The notes under the pieces were generated by a model. It did not search any database. It saw only the letters and a list, made by a program, of their open reading frames with translations, and was not told the DNA's origin. Positions 38,501-53,500 of a stretch of DNA of 64,000 nt are shown here, in pieces. This DNA comes from Euprymna scolopes (Eukaryota), in NCBI GenBank assembly GCA_053919585.1, contig CM132825.1; one strand, 5' to 3'. The translations under genes and the position numbers were made by a program. Positions within the stretch are counted from its first letter, which is position 1; each line of letters starts with the position of its first letter.

Positions 38501-41500
38501 CATTTTCTATGTGATTGTCGACAAGTTTATCAATTTATGCCTTCTGTATTCTATCTATTAGGTTTGCTGTTTTAATATTTACCTACAAACAATTCATTTT
38601 CTATGTGATTGTCGACAAGTTTATCAATTTATGCCATCTGTATTCTATCTATTAGGTTTGCTGTTTTCATATTTACCTACAAACAATTCATTTTCTATGT
38701 GATTGTCGACAAGTTTATCAATTTATGCCATCTGTATTCTATCTATTAGGTTTGCTGTTTTCATATTTACCTACAAACAATTCATTTTCTATGTGATTGT
38801 CGACAAGTTTATCAATTTATGCCATCTGTATTCTATCTATTAGGTTTGCTGTTTTCATATTTACCTACAAACAATTCATTTTCTATGTGATGGTCGACAA
38901 GTTTATCAATTTATGCCATCTGTATTCTATCTATTAGGTTTGCTGTTTTCATATTTACCTACAAACAATTCATTTTCTATGTGATTGTCGACAAGTTTAT
39001 CAATTTATGCCATCTGTATTCTATCTATTAGGTTTGCTGTTTTCATATTTACCTACAAACAATTCATTTTCTATGTGATTGTCGACAAGTTTATCAATTT
39101 ATGCCATCTGTATTCTATCTATTAGGTTTGCTGTTTTCATATTTACCTACAAACAATTCATTTTCTATGTGATTGTCGACAAGTTTATCAATTTATGCCA
39201 TCTGTATTCTATCTATTAGGTTTGCTGTTTTCATATTTACCTACAAACAATTAATTTTCTATGTGATTGTCGACAAGTTTATCAATTTATGCCATCTGTA
39301 TTCTATCTATTAGGTTTGCTGTTTTCATTTTTTCCTACAAACAATTCATTTTCTATGTGATTGTCGACAAGTTTATGAATTTATGCCATCTGTATTCTAT
39401 CTATTAGGTTTGCTGTTTTCATATTTAACTACAAACAATTAATTTTCTATGTGATTGTCAACAAGTTTATCAATTTATGCCATCTGTATTCTATCTATTA
39501 GGTTTGCTGTTTTCATATTTACCTACAAACAATTAATTTTCTATGTGATTGTCGACAAGTTTATCAATTTATGCCATCTGTATTCTATCTATTAGGTTTG
39601 CTGTTTTCATATTTACCTACAAACAATTCATTTTCTATGTGATTGTCGACAAGTTTATCAATTTATGCCATCTGTATTCTATCTATTAGGTTTGCTGTTT
39701 TCATATTTACCTACAAACAATTCATTTTCTATGTGATTGTCGACAAGTTTATCAATTTATGCCATCTGTATTCTATCTATTAGGTTTGCTGTTTTCGTAT
39801 TTACCTACAAACAATTAATTTTCTATGTGATTGTCGACAAGTTTATCAATTTATGCCATCTGTATTCTATCTATTAGGTTTGCTGTTTTCATATTTACCT
39901 ACAAACAATTCATTTTCTATGTGATTGTCGACAAGTTTATCAATTTATGCCATCTGTATTCTATCTATTAGGTTTGCTGTTTTCGTATTTACCTACAAAC
40001 AATTAATTTTCTATGTGATTGTGGACAAGTTTATCAATTTATGCCATCTGTAGGCTATCTATTAGGTTTGCTGTTTTCATTTTTTCCTCCAAACAATTCA
40101 TTTTCTATGTGATTGTCGACATGTTTATCAATTTATGCCATCTGTATTCTATCTATTAGGTTTGCTGTTTTCATATTTACCTACAAACAATTCATTTTCT
40201 ATCTGATTGTCGACAAGTTTATCAATTTATGCCATCTGTATTCTATCTATTAGGTTTGCTGTTTTCATATTTACCTACAAACAATTCATTTTCTATGTGA
40301 TTGTCGACAAGTTTATCAATTTATGCCATCTGTATTCTATCTATTAGGTTTGCTGTTTTCATATTTACCTACAAACAATTCATTTTCTATGTGATTGTCG
40401 ACAAGTTTATCAATTTATGCCATCTGTATTCTATCTATTAGGTTTGCTGTTTTCATATTTACCTACAAACAATTCATTTTCTATGTGATTGTCGACAAGT
40501 TTATCAATTTATGCCATCTGTATTCTATCTATTAGGTTTGCTGTTTTCATATTTACCTAAAAATAATTCATTTTCTATGTGATTGTCGACAAGTTTATCA
40601 ATTTATGCCATCTGTATTCTATCTATTAGGTTTGCTGTTTTCATATTTACCTACAAACAATTCATTTTCTATGTGATTGTCGACAAGTTTATCAATTTAT
40701 GCCATCTGTATTCTATCTATTAGGTTTGCTGTTTTCATATTTACCTACAAACAATTCATTTTCTATGTGATTGTCGACAAGTTTATCAATTTATGCCATC
40801 TGTATTCTATCTATTAGGTTTGCTGTTTTCATATTTACCTACAAACAATTCATTTTCTATGTGATTGTCGACAAGTTTATCAATTTATGCCATCTGTATT
40901 CTATCTATTAGGTTTGCTGTTTTCATATTTACCTACAAACAATTCATTTTCTATGTGATGGTCGACAAGTTTATCAATTTATGCCATCTGTATTCTATCT
41001 ATTAGGTTTGCTGTTTTCATATTTACCTACAAACAATTCATTTTCTATGTGATTGTCGACAAGTTTATCAATTTATGCCATCTGTATTCTATCTATTAGG
41101 TTTGCTGTTTTCATATTTACTTTGAAACAAATCATTTTCTATGTGATTGTGTACAAGTTTATCAATTTATGCCATCTGTATTCTATCTATTAGGTTTGCT
41201 GTTTTCATATTTACCTACAAACAATTATTTTCTATGTGATTGTCGACAAGTTTATCAATTTATGCCATCTGTATTCTATCTATTAGGTTTGCTGTTTTCA
41301 TATTTACCTACAAACAATTCATTTTCTATGTGATTGTCGACAAGTTTATCAATTTATGCCATCTGTATTCTATCTATTAGGTTTGCTGTTTTCATATTTA
41401 CCTACAAACAATTCATTTTCTATGTGATTGTCGACAAGTTTATCAGTTTATACCATCTGTATTCTATCTATTAGGTTTGCTGTTTTCATATTTACCTACA

Positions 41501-44500
41501 AACAATTCATTTTCTATGTGATTGTCGACAAGTTTATCAATTTATGCCATCTGTATTCTATCTATTAGGTTTGCTGTTTTCATATTTACCTACAAACAAT
41601 TCATTTTCTATGTGATGGTCGACAAGTTTATCAATTCATGCCATCTGTATTCTATCTATTAGGTTTGCTGTTTTCATATTTACCTACAAACAATTCATTT
41701 TCTATGTGATTGTCGACAAGTTTATCAATTTATGCCATCTGTATTCTATCTATTAGGTTTGCTGTTTTCATATTTACCTACAAACAATTCATTTTCTATG
41801 TGATTGTCGACAAGTTTATCAATTTATGCCATCTGTATTCTATCTATTAGGTTTGCTGTTTTCATATTTACCTACAAACAATTAATTTTCTATGTGATTG
41901 TCGACAAGTTTATCAATTTAGGCCATCTGTATTCTATCTATTAGGTTTGCTGTTTTCATATTTACCTACAAACAATTAATTTTCTATGTGATTGTCGACA
42001 AGTTTATCAATTTAGGCCATCTGTATTCTATCTATTAGGTTTGCTGTTTTCATATTTACCTACAAACAATTCATTTTCTATGTGATTGTCGACAAGTTTA
42101 TCAATTTATGCCATCTGTATTCTATCTATTAGGTTTGCTGTTTTCATATTTACCTACAAACAATTCATTTTCTATGTGATTGTCGACAAGTTTATCAATT
42201 TATGCCATCTGTATTCTATCTATTAGGTTTGCTGTTTTCATATTTACCTACAAAAAATTCATTTTCTATGTGATTGTCGACAAGTTTATCAATTTAGGCC
42301 ATCTGTATTCTATCTATTAGGTTTGCTGTTTTCATATTTACCTACAAACAATTCATTTACTATGTGATTGTCGACAAGTTTATCAATTTATGCCATCTGT
42401 ATTCTATCTATTAGGTTTGCTGTTTTCATATTTACCTACAAACAATTAATTTTCTATGTGATTGTCGACAAGTTTATCAATTTAGGCCATCTGTATTCTA
42501 TCTATTAGGTTTGCTGTTTTCATATTTACCTACAAACAATTCATTTTCTATGTGATTGTCGACAAGTTTATCAATTTATGCCATCTGTATTCTATCTAAT
42601 AGGTTTGCTGTTTTCATATTTACCTACAAACAATTAATTTTCTATGTGATTGTCGACAAGTTTATCAATTTATGCCATCTGTATTCTATCTATTAGGTTT
42701 GCTGTTTTCATATTTACCTACAAACAATTCATTTTCTATGTGATTGTCGACAAGTTTATCAATTTATGCCATCTGTATTCTATCTATTAGGTTTGCTGTT
42801 TTCATATTTACCTACAAACAATTCATTTTCTATGTGATTGTCGACAAGTTTATCAATTTATGCCATCTGTATTCTATCTATTAGGTTTGCTGTTTTCATA
42901 TTTACCTACAAACAATTCATTTTCTATGTGATTGTCGACAAGTTTATCAATTTATGCCATCTGTATTCTATCTATTAGGTTTGCTGTTTTCATATTTACC
43001 TACAAACAATTCATTTTCTATGTGATTGTCGACAAGTTTATCAATTTATGCCATCTGTATTCTATCTATTAGGTTTGCTGTTTTCATATTTACCTACAAA
43101 CAATTCATTTTCTATGTGATTGTCGACACTTTTATCAATTTATGCCATCTGTATTCTATCTATTAGGTTTGCTGTTTTCATATTTACCTACAAACAATTC
43201 ATTTTCTATGTGATTGTCGACAAGTTTATCAATTTATACCATCTGTATTCTATCTATTAGGTTTGCTGTCTTCATATTTACCTACAAACAATTCATTTTC
43301 TATGTGATTGTCGACAAGTTTATCAATTTATGCCATCTGTATTCTATCTATTAGGTTTGCTGTTTTCATATTTACCTACAAACAATTCATTTTCTATGTG
43401 ATTGTCGACAAGTTTATCAATTCATGCCATCTGTATTCTATCTATTAGGTTTGCTGTTTTCATATTTACCTACAAACAATTCATTTTCTATGTGATTGTC
43501 GACAAGTTTATCAATTTATGCCATCTGTATTCTATCTATTAGGTTTGCTGTTTTCATATTTACCTACAAACAATTAATTTTCTATGTGATTGTCGACAAG
43601 TTTATCAATTTATGCCATCTGTATTCTATCTATTAGGTTTGCTGTTTTCATATTTACCTACAAACAATTCATTTTCTATGTGATTGTCGACATGTTTATC
43701 AATTTATGCCATCTGTATTCTATCTATTAGGTTTGCTGTTTTCATATTTACCTAACAACCAATTCATTTTCTATGTGATTGTCGACAAGTTTATCAATTT
43801 ATGCCATCTGTATTCTATCTGTTAGGTATGCTGTTTTCATATTTACCTACAAACAATTCATTTTCTATGTGATTGTCGACAAGTTTATCAATTTATGCCA
43901 TCTGTATTCTATCTATTAGGTTTGCTGTTTTTATATTTACCTACAAACAATTCATTTTCTATGTGATTGTAGACAAGTTTATCAATTTATGCCATCTGTA
44001 TTCTATCTATTAGGTTTGCTGTTTTCATTTTTTCCTACAAACAATTCATTTTCTATGTGATTGTCGACAAGTTTATCAATTTATGCCATCTGTATTCTAT
44101 CTATTAGGTTTGCTGTTTTCATATTTACCTTCAAACAATTTATTTTCTATGTGATTGTCGACAAGTTTATCAATTTATGCCATCTGTATTCTATCTATTA
44201 GGTTTGCTGTTTTCATATTTACCTACAAACAATTCATTTTCTATGTGATTGTCGACAAGTTTATCAATTTATGCCATCTGTATTCTATCTATTAGGTTTG
44301 CTGTTTTCATTTTTTCCTACAAACAATTCATTTTCTATGTGATTGTCGACAAGTTTATGAATTTATGCCATCTGTATTCTATCTATTAGGTTTGCTGTTT
44401 TCATATTTACCTACAAACAATTAATTTTCTATGTGATTGTCGACAAGTTTATCAATTTATGCCATCTGTATTCTATCTATTAGGTTTGCTGTTTTCATAT

Positions 44501-47500
44501 TTACCTACAAACAATTCATTTTCTATGTGATTGTCGACAAGTTTATCAATTTATGCCATCTGTATTCTATCTATTAGGTTTGCTGTTTTCATATTTACCT
44601 ACAAACAATTCATTTACTATGTGATTGTCGACAAGTTTATCAATTTATGCCATCTGTATTCTATCTATTAGGTTTGCTGTTTTCATATTTACCTACAAAC
44701 AATTCATTTTCTATGTGATTGTCGACAATTTTATCAATTTATGCCATCTGTATTCTATCTATTAGGTTTGCTGTTTTCATATGTACCTACAAACAAGTCA
44801 TTTTCTATGTGATTGTCGACAAGTTTATCAATTTATGCCATCTGTATTCTATCTATTAGGTTTGCTGTTTTCGTATTTACCTACAAACAATTAATTTTCC
44901 ATGTGATTGTCGACAAGTTTATCAATTTATGCCATCTGTATTCTATCTATTAGGTTTGCTGTTTTCATATTTACCTACAAACAATTCATTTTCTATGTGA
45001 TTGTCGACAAGTTTATCAATTTATGCCATCTGTATTCTATCTATTAGGTTTGCTGTTTTCGTATTTACCTACAAACAATTAATTTTCTATGTGATTGTGG
45101 ACAAGTTTATCAATTTATGCCATCTGTAGGCTATCTATTAGGTTTGCTGTTTTCATTTTTTCCTACAAACAATTCATTTTCTATGTGATTGTCGACATGT
45201 TTATCAATTTATGCCATCTGTATTCTATCTATTAGGTTTGCTGTTTTCATATTTACCTACAAACAATTCATTTTCTATCTGATTGTCGACAAGTTTATCA
45301 ATTTATGCCATCTGTATTCTATCTATTAGGTTTGCTGTTTTCATATTTACCTACAAACAATTCATTTTCTATGTGATTGTCGACAAGTTTATCAATTTAT
45401 GCCATCTGTATTCTATCTATTAGGTTTGCTGTTTTCATATTTACCTACAAACAATTCATTTTCTATCTGATTGTCGACAAGTTTATCAATTTATGCCATC
45501 TGTATTCTATCTATTAGGTTTGCTGTTTTCATATTTACCTACAAACAATTCATTTTCTATGTGATTGTCGACAAGTTTATCAATTTATGCCATCTGTATT
45601 CTATCTATTAGGTTTGCTGTTTTCATATTTACCTAAAAATAATTCATTTACTATGTGATTGTCGACAAGTTTATCAATTTATGCCATCTGTATTCTATCT
45701 ATTAGGTTTGCTGTTTTCATATTTACCTACAAACAATTCATTTTCTATGTGATTGTCGACAAGTTTATCAATTTATGCCATCTGTATTCTATCTATTAGG
45801 TTTGCTGTTTTCATATTTACCTACAAACAATTCATTTTCTATGTGATTGTCGACAAGTTTATCAATTTATGCCATCTGTATTCTATCTATTAGGTTTGCT
45901 GTTTTCATATTTACCTACAAACAATTCATTTTCTATGTGATTGTCGACAAGTTTATCAATTTATGCCATCTGTATTCTATCTATTAGGTTTGCTGTTTTC
46001 ATATTTACCTACAAACAATTCATTTTCTATGTGATGGTCGACAAGTTTATCAATTTATGCCATCTGTATTCTATCTATTAGGTTTGCTGTTTTCATATTT
46101 ACCTACAAACAATTCATTTTCTATGTGATTGTCGACAAGTTTATCAATTTATGCCATCTGTATTCTATCTATTAGGTTTGCTGTTTTCATATTTACCTAC
46201 AAACAATTCATTTTCTATGTGATTGTCGACAAGTTTATCAATTTATGCCATCTGTATTCTATCTATTAGGTTTGCTGTTTTCATATTTACCTACAAACAA
46301 TTCATTTTCTATGTGATTGTCGACAAGTTTATCAATTTATGCCATCTGTATTCTATCTATTAGGTTTGCTGTTTTCATATTTACCTACAAACAATTCATT
46401 TTCTATGTGATTGTCGACAAGTTTATCAATTTATGCCATCTGTATTCTATCTATTAGGTTTGCTGTTTTCATATTTACCTACAAACAATTCATTTTCTAT
46501 GTGATTGTCGACAAGTTTATCAATTTATGCCATCTGTATTCTATCTATTAGGTTTGCTGTTTTCATATTTACCTACAAACAATTCATTTTCTATGTGATT
46601 GTCGACAAGTTTATCAATTTATGCCATCTGTATTCTATCTATTAGGTTTGCTGTTTTCATATTTACCTACAAACAATTCATTTTCTATGTGATTGTCGAC
46701 AAGTTTATCAATTTATGCCATCTGTATTCTATCTATTAGGTTTGCTGTTTTCATATTTACCTACAAACAATTCATTTTCTATGTGATGGTCGACAAGTTT
46801 ATCAATTCATGCCATCTGTATTCTATCTATTAGGTTTGCTGTTTTCATATTTACCTACAAACAATTCATTTTCTATGTGATTGTCGACAAGTTTATCAAT
46901 TTATGCCATCTGTATTCTATCTATTAGGTTTGCTGTTTTGATATTTACCTACAAACAATTCATTTTCAATCTGATTGTCGACAAGTTTATCAGTTTATAC
47001 CATCTGTATTCTATCTATTAGGTTTGCTGTTTTCATATTTACCTACAAACAATTCATTTTCTATGTGATTGTCGACAAGTTTATTAATTTATGCCATCTG
47101 TATTCTATCTATTAGGTTTGCTGTTTTAATATTTACCTACAAACAATTCATTTTCTGTGTGATTGTCGACAAGTTTATCAATTTATGCTATCTGTATTCT
47201 ATCTATTATGTTTGCTGTTTTCATATTTACCTACAAACAATTCATTTTCTATGTGATTGTCGACAAGTTTATCAATTTATGCCATCTGTATTCTATCTAT
47301 TAGGTTTGCTGTTTTCATATGTACCTACAAACAATTCATTTTCTATGTGATTGTCGACAAGTTTGTGAATTTATGCCATCTGTATTCTATCTATTAGGTT
47401 TGCTGTTTTCATATTTACCTACAAACAATTCATTTTCTATGTGATTGTCGACAAGTTTATCAATTTATGCCATCTGTATTCTATCTATTAGGTTTGCTGT

Positions 47501-50500
47501 TTTCATATTTACCTACAAACAATTCATTTTCTATGTGATTGTCGACAAGTTTATCAATTTATGCCATCTGTATTCTATCTATTAGGTTTGCTGTTTTCAT
47601 ATTTACCTACAAACAATTCATTTTCTATGTGATTGTCGACAAGTTTATCAATTTATGCCATCTGTATTCTATCTATTAGGTTTGCTGTTTTCATATTTAC
47701 CTACAAACAATTCATTTTCTATGTGATTGTCGACAAGTTTATCAATTCATGCCATCTGTATTCTATCTATTAGGTTTGCTGTTTTCATATTTACCTACAA
47801 ACAATTCATTTTCTATGTGATTGTCGACAAGTTTATCAATTTATGCCATCTGTATTCTATCTATTAGGTTTGCTGTTTTCATATTTACCTACAAACAATT
47901 CATTTTCTATGTGATTGTCGACAAGTTTATCAATTTATGCCATCTGTATACTATCTATTAGGTTTGCTGTTTTCATATTAAGCTACAAACAATTAATTTT
48001 CTATGTGATTGTGGCCAAGTAGATCAATTCATTCCATCTGTATTCCATCTATTAGGTTTGCTGTTTTCATATTTACCTACAAACAATTAATTTTCTATGT
48101 GATTGTCGACAAGTTTATCAATTTATGCCATCTGTATTCTATCTATTAGGTTTGCTGTTTTCGTATTTACCTACAAACAATTCATTTTCTATGTGATTGT
48201 CGACAAGTTTATCAATTTATGCCATCTGTATTCTATCTATTAGGTTTGCTGTTTTCATATTTACCTACAAACAATTCATTTTCTATGTGATTGTCGACAA
48301 GTTTATCAATTTATGCCATCTGTATTCTATCTATTAGGTTTGCTGTTTTCGTATTTACCTACAAACAATTCATTTTCTATGTGATTGTCGACAAGTTTAT
48401 CAATTTATGCCATCTGTATTCTATCTATTAGGTTTGCTGTTTTCGTATTTACCTACAAACAATTCATTTTCTATGTGATTGTGGACAAGTTTATCAATTT
48501 ATGCCATCTGTAGGCTATCTATTAGGTTTGCTGTTTTCATTTTTTCCTACAAACAATTCATTTTCTATGTGATTGTCGACATGTTTATCAATTTATGCCA
48601 TCTGTATTCTATCTATTAGGTTTGCTGTTTTCATATTTACCTACAAACAATTCATTTTCTATGTGATTGTCGACAAGTTTATCAATTTATGCCATCTGTA
48701 TTCTATCTATTAGGTTTGCTGTTTTCATATTTACCTACAAACAATTCATTTTCTATGTGATTGTCGACAAGTTTATCAATTTATGCCATCTGTATTCTAT
48801 CTATTAGGTTTGCTGTTTTCATATTTACCTACAAACAATTCATTTTCTATCTGATTGTCGACAAGTTTATCAATTTATGCCATCTGTATTCTATCTCTTA
48901 GGTTTGCTGTTTTCATATTTACCTACAAACAATTCATTTTCTATGTGATTGTCGACAAGTTTATCAATTTATGCCATCTGTATTCTATCTATTAGGTTTG
49001 CTGTTTTCATATTTACCTACAAACAATTCATTTTCTATGTGATGGTCGACAAGTTTATCAATTCATGCCATCTGTATTCTATCTATTAGGGTTGCTGTTT
49101 TCATATTTACCTACAAACAATTCATTTTCTATGTGATTGTCGACAAGTTTATCAATTTATGCCATCTGTATTCTATCTATTAGGTTTGCTGTTTTCATAT
49201 TTACCTACAAACAATTCATTTTCAATCTGATTGTCGACAAGTTTATCAGTTTATACCATCTGTATTCTATCTATTAGGTTTGCTGTTTTCATATTTACCT
49301 ACAAACAATTCATTTTCTATGTGATTGTCGACAAGTTTATCAATTTAGGCCATCTGTATTCTATCTATTAGGTTTGCTGTTTTCATATGTACCTACAAAC
49401 AATTCATTTTCTATGTGATTGTCGACAAGTTTGTGAATTTATGCCATCTGTATTCTATTTATTAGGTTTGCTGTTTTCATATTTACCTACAAACAATTCA
49501 TTTTCTATGTGATTGTCGACAAGTTTATCAATTTATGCCATCTGTATTCTATCTATTAGGTTTGCTGTTTTCATATTTACCTACAAACAATTCATTTTCT
49601 ATGTGATTGTCGACAAGTTTATCAATTTATGCCATCTGTATTCTATCTATTAGGTTTGCTGTTTTCATATTTACCTACAAACAATTCATTTTCTATGTGA
49701 TTGTCGACAAGTTTATCAATTTATGCCATCTGTATTCTATCTATTAGGTTTGCTGTTTTCATATTTACCTACAAACAATTCATTTTCTATGTGATTGTTG
49801 ACAAGTTTATCAATTTATGCCATCTGTATTCTATCTATTAGGTTTGCTGTTTTCATATTTACCTACAAACAATTCATTTTCTATGTGATTGTCGACAAGT
49901 TTATCAATTTATGCCATCTGTATTCTATCTATTAGGTTTGCTGTTTTCATATTTACCTACAAACAATTCATTTTCTATGTGATGGTCGACAAGTTTATCA
50001 ATTCATGCCATCTGTATTCTATCTATTAGGTTTGCTGTTTTCATATTTACCTACAAACAATTCATTTTCTATGTGATTGTCGACAAGTTTATCAATTTAT
50101 GCCATCTGTATTCTATCTATTAGGTTTGCTGTTTTGATATTTACCTACAAACAATTCATTTTCAATCTGATTGTCGACAAGTTTATCAGTTTATACCATC
50201 TGTATTCTATCTATTAGGTTTGCTGTTTTCATATTTACCTACAAACAATTCATTTTCTATGTGATTGTCGACAAGTTTATTAATTTATGCCATCTGTATT
50301 CTATCTATTAGGTTTGCTGTTTTAATATTTACCTACAAACAATTCATTTTCTGTGTGATTGTCGACAAGTTTATCAATTTATGCTATCTGTATTCTATCT
50401 ATTATGTTTGCTGTTTTCATATTTACCTACAAACAATTCATTTTCTATGTGATTGTCGACAAGTTTATCAATTTATGCCATCTGTATTCTATCTATTAGG

Positions 50501-53500
50501 TTTGCTGTTTTCATATGTACCTACAAACAATTCATTTTCTATGTGATTGTCGACAAGTTTGTGAATTTATGCCATCTGTATTCTATCTATTAGGTTTGCT
50601 GTTTTCATATTTACCTACAAACAATTCATTTTCTATGTGATTGTCGACAAGTTTATCAATTTATGCCATCTGTATTCTATCTATTAGGTTTGCTGTTTTC
50701 ATATTTACCTACAAACAATTCATTTTCTATGTGATTGTCGACAAGTTTATCAATTTATGCCATCTGTATTCTATCTATTAGGTTTGCTGTTTTCATATTT
50801 ACCTACAAACAATTCATTTTCTATGTGATTGTCGACAAGTTTATCAATTTATGCCATCTGTATTCTATCTATTAGGTTTGCTGTTTTCATATTTACCTAC
50901 AAACAATTCATTTTCTATGTGATTGTCGACAAGTTTATCAATTCATGCCATCTGTATTCTATCTATTAGGTTTGCTGTTTTCATATTTACCTACAAACAA
51001 TTCATTTTCTATGTGATTGTCGACAAGTTTATCAATTTATGCCATCTGTATTCTATCTATTAGGTTTGCTGTTTTCATATTTACCTACAAACAATTCATT
51101 TTCTATGTGATTGTCGACAAGTTTATCAATTTATGCCATCTGTATACTATCTATTAGGTTTGCTGTTTTCATATTAAGCTACAAACAATTCATTTTCTAT
51201 GTGATTGTGGCCAAGTAGATCAATTCATTCCATCTGTATTCCATCTATTAGGTTTGCTGTTTTCATATTTACCTACAAACAATTAATTTTCTATGTGATT
51301 GTCGACAAGTTTATCAATTTATGCCATCTGTATTCTATCTATTAGGTTTGCTGTTTTCGTATTTACCTACAAACAATTAATTTTCTATGTGATTGTCGAC
51401 AAGTTTATCAATTTATGCCATCTGTATTCTATCTATTAGGTTTGCTGTTTTCATATTTACCTACAAACAATTCATTTTCTATGTGATTGTCGACAAGTTT
51501 ATCAATTTATGCCATCTGTATTCTATCTATTAGGTTTGCTGTTTTCGTATTTACCTACAAACAATTAATTTTCTATGTGATTGTGGACAAGTTTATCAAT
51601 TTATGCCATCTGTATTCTATCTGTTAGGTATGCTGTTTTCATATTTACCTACAAACAATTCATTTTCTATGTGATTGTCGACAAGTTTATCAATTTATGC
51701 CATCTGTATTCTATCTATTAGGTTTGCTGTTTTCGTATTTACCTACAAACAATTCATTTTCTATGTGATTGTGGACAAGTTTATCAATTTATGCCATCTG
51801 TAGGCTATCTATTAGGTTTGCTGTTTTCATTTTTTCCTACAAACAATTCATTTTCTATGTGATTGTCGACATGTTTATCAATTTATGCCATCTGTATTCT
51901 ATCTATTAGGTTTGCTGTTTTCATATTTACCTACAAACAATTCATTTTCTATGTGATTGTCGACAAGTTTATCAATTTATGCCATCTGTATTCTATCTAT
52001 TAGGTTTGCTGTTTTCATATTTACCTACAAACAATTCATTTTCTATGTGATTGTCGACAAGTTTATCAATTTATGCCATCTGTATTCTATCTATTAGGTT
52101 TGCTGTTTTCATATTTACCTACAAACAATTCATTTTCTATCTGATTGTCGACAAGTTTATCAATTTATGCCATCTGTATTCTATCTCTTAGGTTTGCTGT
52201 TTTCATATTTACCTACAAACAATTCATTTTCTATGTGATTGTCGACAAGTTTATCAATTTATGCCATCTGTATTCTATCTATTAGGTTTGCTGTTTTCAT
52301 ATTTACCTACAAACAATTCATTTTCTATGTGATGGTCGACAAGTTTATCAATTCATGCCATCTGTATTCTATCTATTAGGGTTGCTGTTTTCATATTTAC
52401 CTACAAACAATTCATTTTCTATGTGATTGTCGACAAGTTTATCAATTTATGCCATCTGTATTCTATCTATTAGGTTTGCTGTTTTCATATTTACCTACAA
52501 ACAATTCATTTTCAATCTGATTGTCGACAAGTTTATCAGTTTATACCATCTGTATTCTATCTATTAGGTTTGCTGTTTTCATATTTACCTACAAACAATT
52601 CATTTTCTATGTGATTGTCGACAAGTTTATCAATTTAGGCCATCTGTATTCTATCTATTAGGTTTGCTGTTTTCATATGTACCTACAAACAATTCATTTT
52701 CTATGTGATTGTCGACAAGTTTGTGAATTTATGCCATCTGTATTCTATTTATTAGGTTTGCTGTTTTCATATTTACCTACAAACAATTCATTTTCTATGT
52801 GATTGTCGACAAGTTTATCAATTTATGCCATCTGTATTCTATCTATTAGGTTTGCTGTTTTCATATTTACCTACAAACAATTCATTTTCTATGTGATTGT
52901 CGACAAGTTTATCAATTTATGCCATCTGTATTCTATCTATTAGGTTTGCTGTTTTCATATTTACCTACAAACAATTCATTTTCTATGTGATTGTCGACAA
53001 CTTTATCAATTTATGCCATCTGTATTCTATCTATTAGGTTTGCTGTTTTCATATTTACCTACAAACAATTCATTTTCTATTTGATTGTCGACAACTTTAT
53101 CAATTTATGCCATCTGTATTCTATCTATTAGGTTTGCTGTTTTCATATTTACCTACAAACAATTCATTTTCTATGTGATTGTCGACAAGTTTATCAATTT
53201 ATGCCATCTGTATTCTATCTATTAGGTTTGCTGTTTTCATATTTACCTACAAACAATTCATTTTCTATGTGATTGTCGACAAGTTTATCAATTTATGCCA
53301 TCTGTATTCTATCTATTAGGTTTGCTGTTTTCATATTTACCTACAAACGATTCATTTTCTATGTGATGGTCGACAAGTTTATCAATTTATGCCATCTGTA
53401 TTCTATCTATTAGGTTTGCTGTTTTCATATTTACCTACAAACAATTCATTTTCTATGTGATTGTCGACAAGTTTATCAATTTATGCCATCTGTATTCTAT

